DNA of 64,000 nt, taken from positions 32,001 to 96,000 of the forward strand of contig CAWBZV010000004.1 of the NCBI GenBank assembly GCA_963793305.1, written 5' to 3'. Source of the DNA: an uncultured Gemmatimonadales bacterium. GTDB lineage: Bacteria > Gemmatimonadota > Gemmatimonadetes > Gemmatimonadales > Gemmatimonadaceae. The notes beneath the pieces were generated by a model. It did no database searches and was not told the DNA's origin. It was given only the letters and a program-made list of their open reading frames with translations. Both the position numbers and the translations under genes were made by a program. Below, piece after piece: positions 61,301 to 64,000 of this stretch (the first letter of the stretch is position 1; each line of letters opens with the position of its first letter).

Positions 61301-61502
61301 AGACGAGACCGGCACGATCAACGTCGTCGTGACGCCAAAGCGGTTCGAGCGCCAGGCACTGCTCATCTCGCGGACGCCGATCTTGCTCGTGCGCGGCATG
61401 CTGCAGATCGAGGACGGCGTCGTGAATCTCCGCGCGGAACGCTTCACGGTGCTTTCCGCACCGGTGGGCGCCGAGCACGCCCAGCGGCACGATTTTCACT
61501 AG
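58308..61502 (+). CDS. dnaE2: Error-prone DNA polymerase III alpha (DnaE2/ImuC)
   Basis: PHP ELHCHS, GRGSAANS, PPDIDLD, YGFPESHA, RQRPGTAKG, C-terminal HDFH. Confidence 0.96.
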   Translation: MDYVELHCHSAFSLLDGAASPETLVSQAAALGYRALALTDHDELGGFVRFAQAAQEIDGFKPIIGAELTVGAHHLVLLAETREGYGNLSTLITRGRMDSPRGQPSVSLDLVARHAAGLTALTGCPRGWVPSALVADGPHVAKAAAGTLLDIFGREHLGVECWNHGLPEERQVVRGLIPIARALGVPWVVTNDVHYAESRLALVHDVLSSLRHSTTLDEMGTRLKPNAEWYLKSAAEMRRQWPDATGMRSTLAIAERCAFRLAQLEPTLPKFPVDEPDAYLAELVERGATERWGADRTEKHRRQLQHELAMIKQLGYAGFFLIVWDIMRFARDEGILAQGRGSAANSAVCYCLGITAVDPIKMGLLFERFLSEGRKEPPDIDLDFAHRERERVIQYVYTRYGREHAAMVCEQITYRGRSAVRDAARVFGFSVEQAGALADVSDRFSAKQTAATLRGAVAPTMEGVGRDPTTSIRPRTEGSDDVLTQAGLDPDDRRVKLLADVVEGLDQLPRHRSIHVGGFVLTEEPLSTVVPIEPASMPDRTVIQWERDDLDGAGLIKIDLLGLGMLTLLQDCIKYIKETRGVTIDFSQLDMFDKRVYESISRADTIGVFQIESRAQMQTLPRLQPRCFYDLVIEVAIIRPGPIQGDMVHPYLRRRAGVEDVTYPHPKLRPILERTLGVPLFQEQGMQVAISCAGFSPSEADNLRRAMGHKRSREKMAAIHDALVDGMARNGIASELAERIYKQINGFADYGFPESHAASFALLVYASAYLRYYYAPEFLAAILNAQPMGFYAAGTLVEDARHHGVEVRPIDLTHSDWDSTLECDTDPPATRLGLRCVRGLGTAAKTELARARAAGPFASVEDFVKRVRLDRRAVRQLAEAGAFDTMVGGTRREALWNVLESLRGTGGPLVVHRPVATPPVLPPMEPYELTAADYRTTGLSLNGHPMIHLRETVRLNGVRTARDIVARGKDGESIAAAGLVICRQRPGTAKGFVFLTLEDETGTINVVVTPKRFERQALLISRTPILLVRGMLQIEDGVVNLRAERFTVLSAPVGAEHAQRHDFH

Positions 61503-61740
61503 CCGCGGCCAACTCGCGATCCAACGCTGCCCCGAACTCGGCCCACGGCACACCGATCGCGCCAAGCAATCGGTTCATCGTCACAATTGTCGGGTTCAAC
61601 ACGCCCCGTTCGACACGGCCGACATACGTGCGCGTGACGCCCGCGCGCACCGCCAGCCGCTCTTGCGAGATGCCCGCATTTTCCCGAATCTGTCGGACCA
61701 CGGTGGCGATGATCGCCGCACTCGTGAGCACATTGCGCAC
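61444..61740 (-). CDS. Small XRE HTH protein (controller-protein-like)
   Basis: GISQERLA..AGV.RTYVGRVERG..NPT. Confidence 0.85.
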   Translation of the reverse strand: MRNVLTSAAIIATVVRQIRENAGISQERLAVRAGVTRTYVGRVERGVLNPTIVTMNRLLGAIGVPWAEFGAALDRELAAASENRAAGRARRPPVRKAP

Positions 61741-62192
61741 GTCAGGTATTAGCAGAGACGGACGCCCGCACTCAACCGTCCATAGGACGTGTCAGCAGAG
61801 GCCGGGTTCGTGAAGGGCTGACGTGGTAGCCGCGGGCGGCAATCCCGATGAGGCGAATATACATCAACACATCTCACAACCGAGAGATCGCACCGGCAGG
61901 CCGGGAGGAGAACTGTAGGGCGTGGGCGTTTACGGTGTCCTAATACGTATGCCGCACGTCGATCGGACCTTCTCTCGGACAGGACAGGAATGACAAAGCT
62001 GCTCGTGATTCTCATTGACCCTGCTGCAAAACGAAGGACGGGCAGGGTAGCAGGGCATCGTCAGCTGAACGTCAGAGCTTTCCTCATCGATATCCGCCGT
62101 CGCAATCACCGCCCACCGCGAGGCAGGCGAATTCCGCACCCGCCCTACGGGCGTCGTCGTGGTCCGACATGCCACTATAGGAGACCGGGTCG

Positions 62193-62660
62193 CTAGGACC
62201 CCGCGCTGAGCTCCGGTAGACCACCGGACTCGGCGAGCTTGAGCGCATGGTCCGCCATTGCCAGCTCGACGGTTCCAACGAACTCGGCGGCCGCATCGGC
62301 GTGCTCACGCGCGACCGGGATCTTGAGCTCCTGTGCGCGGGCGCCGGGAACATCGATGAAGGTTTTGAGATCGCGCGCGGTGATCATCAGTTCGCGCCGC
62401 CGAAGCCAACCATGCCGCCGCGCGCGAATCGAGGAGAGAGACCCGATCGGCACCCGAATCTCACGCACGGGTTCGGTGGAACGGTCAGTGCGAACGCTCG
62501 CCCCACCAACTCGGGTCACGGTGCGAGTGACCAAAACCTGAAACACCAATGCCTCACCGTCGAGCCGCACCAATCCTTCGCACAGTTCGTGCGTCGTGGT
62601 CACCTGGGCCGGGCCTCCGACCTGGGCGTCCTTCGTCTTAACGAACCGGAAAGGAAGCAT
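62193..62660 (-). CDS. Hypothetical protein
   Basis: ORF with TATCTT-N6-ATG. Confidence 0.55.
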   Translation of the reverse strand: MLPFRFVKTKDAQVGGPAQVTTTHELCEGLVRLDGEALVFQVLVTRTVTRVGGASVRTDRSTEPVREIRVPIGSLSSIRARRHGWLRRRELMITARDLKTFIDVPGARAQELKIPVAREHADAAAEFVGTVELAMADHALKLAESGGLPELSAGS

Positions 62661-62676
62661 CGTCCAAAGATACAAT

Positions 62677-63054
62677 ATGCAAGCACTCGAATACGGACTG
62701 GAAGCGCTGGCGCGCTACGAGAAAGCGGCGAGAGCCTACGATGTGCTCGCGCGCCGATATCACGCCGCGGTCGGCGCCGAGCAGCGACGCATCGATGGCG
62801 AGCGGCGGTTCGTTCGCGTGGAGTTGGAGCGCGTCGTACGGGGCTACGCGGCGAAGCTCCGCGCGAGCGGCGTGCCGGTCGATGAGATGATCGCGACCGT
62901 CAAAGCCGTCGTCTGCCGCGCATTCGTGCGCGTCGGCTGGCGCCACGGTGGCGCGTTGGTCCTCGAGATCCTCGACTGGGGACTGGAGGGGTACTACGGC
63001 GCCCTCAGCGCGGAGAGAACTGCTGGGCCCGAGCCGGCGCGCTGCGCCATGTGA
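62677..63054 (+). CDS. Hypothetical helical protein
   Basis: Helical ORF, LRASGVP.DEMI..VK...W..EGYY. Confidence 0.55.
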   Translation: MQALEYGLEALARYEKAARAYDVLARRYHAAVGAEQRRIDGERRFVRVELERVVRGYAAKLRASGVPVDEMIATVKAVVCRAFVRVGWRHGGALVLEILDWGLEGYYGALSAERTAGPEPARCAM

Positions 63055-63970
63055 GCGTCCACCGACGCTCGGCGCCCGGCGCGAGCCAGTGCGCGCTATC
63101 CCACGGCTGCAGCAATGCATTGGTCAGCGAGTCCGGCGCGCCAATGCACGGCGCCAACGACACGTTCGCGTATGGCTTGATCTTGCGGCTCGGACTCCAG
63201 GCGCGGCGGTTGATCCAGAGCGCGCAGTTCGGAATCTCGGTCGAATCGAAAACAGCTTCCAGTCGCGCTGCTCCCTGCTCAATCCCAACCACGGCAGGCC
63301 CCGCCGGCATCGTGAGGAACAGCTTGCACGCGTACGTCTTCGTGACATCGTCCGGCCACGACATGTCGGCGATTTTCTTTTCCAGTCGCGCACGCGGCCA
63401 CCGAAACTCGTCGGACATTCCAATGACCTCGCCGTGCCTGGAATCCGCCCGCACCAGCGCGCCGGCTGGAAGATCGAGCCACGTGTCCTGGGTCAGCGCG
63501 ATCAACGGGTGCGCCGACCAGACAAACGGCAGCGGATCCGCGCCGAGATTGCGGGCGACGTAGCGCATCACGATCGTCCCGCCAGCCGTGACTTGTACCG
63601 TGCGGGTGAATTGGTACGGCATGCGCCGCCCCTCCCACACGCACGTCGCCGTCTGGCCATCCGGCAAGGTCTCGATCGTGACGTCGGGGCGCATGCTCCA
63701 CAGCTCGCCATGATCCGGGAGCTTCACGCCCGCGAATTTCTTGATCGTCGCGGGCACATCACAGGCCGCGATCGTCGGGTAGCACTCGTCGTATCCACCC
63801 GAGTCGACGTAAGCGCCGCCGTCCTCATCTGGCGGGGCCGCCGGTATCTCGGGATTGGACCACAACCACTGCCGCCCCGCGATCTCGAGGACATCGATCT
63901 TGCCGCCGAGGGCGGGAACGATGCGTACGCGCGACGTGCCGCCTTGCAGCTCGGCGAACCCGAGCTTCAC
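63005..63970 (-). CDS. Aldose 1-epimerase/galactose mutarotase-like protein
   Basis: GGYDECYPT, DHGELW, WSAHP. Confidence 0.82.
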   Translation of the reverse strand: MKLGFAELQGGTSRVRIVPALGGKIDVLEIAGRQWLWSNPEIPAAPPDEDGGAYVDSGGYDECYPTIAACDVPATIKKFAGVKLPDHGELWSMRPDVTIETLPDGQTATCVWEGRRMPYQFTRTVQVTAGGTIVMRYVARNLGADPLPFVWSAHPLIALTQDTWLDLPAGALVRADSRHGEVIGMSDEFRWPRARLEKKIADMSWPDDVTKTYACKLFLTMPAGPAVVGIEQGAARLEAVFDSTEIPNCALWINRRAWSPSRKIKPYANVSLAPCIGAPDSLTNALLQPWDSAHWLAPGAERRWTLTWRSAPARAQQFSPR

Positions 63971-64000
63971 TGACCGCTCACCTATCGCGCCTCTTCGACC

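Noticed and set aside
1..64000. Retron/DGR reverse transcriptase, transposase, prophage structural genes or rRNA
   Set aside because: No corresponding motifs recognised in any frame.

Overview
High-GC bacterial chromosome segment; gene content suggests Gemmatimonadota (inference only). Left part (1-12.4 kb): a tRNA-Gln(CUG) gene on the minus strand is followed by three further copies of its 3' ~45 bp (4388, 6241, 9966). These delimit three small tandem islands that carry two S9 peptidases, a LysR regulator, a HATPase+STAS-like pair and a tyrosine-integrase C-terminal remnant; none has an intact integrase. Each repeat is flanked by a ~125-130 bp module ending in an arm-type direct repeat at nearly the same distance. 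The rest looks like core genome: prolyl oligopeptidase, tRNA-Ala(CGC), RNase Z, LytS/LytTR, acyl-CoA dehydrogenase, a radical SAM-imuA-imuB-DUF72 cluster with dnaE2 about 25 kb away, an ECF sigma/anti-sigma/2xDUF4097 operon, a coupled DNA methyltransferase-SNF2 helicase-HAD operon with no evident nuclease, and an ABC system in which one permease appears split and fused to a lipocalin/AttH-like domain. At least six genes carry single-base frameshifts, probably assembly errors; four lie in or next to GACGTC. All family assignments come from motif recognition by eye, not database searches.
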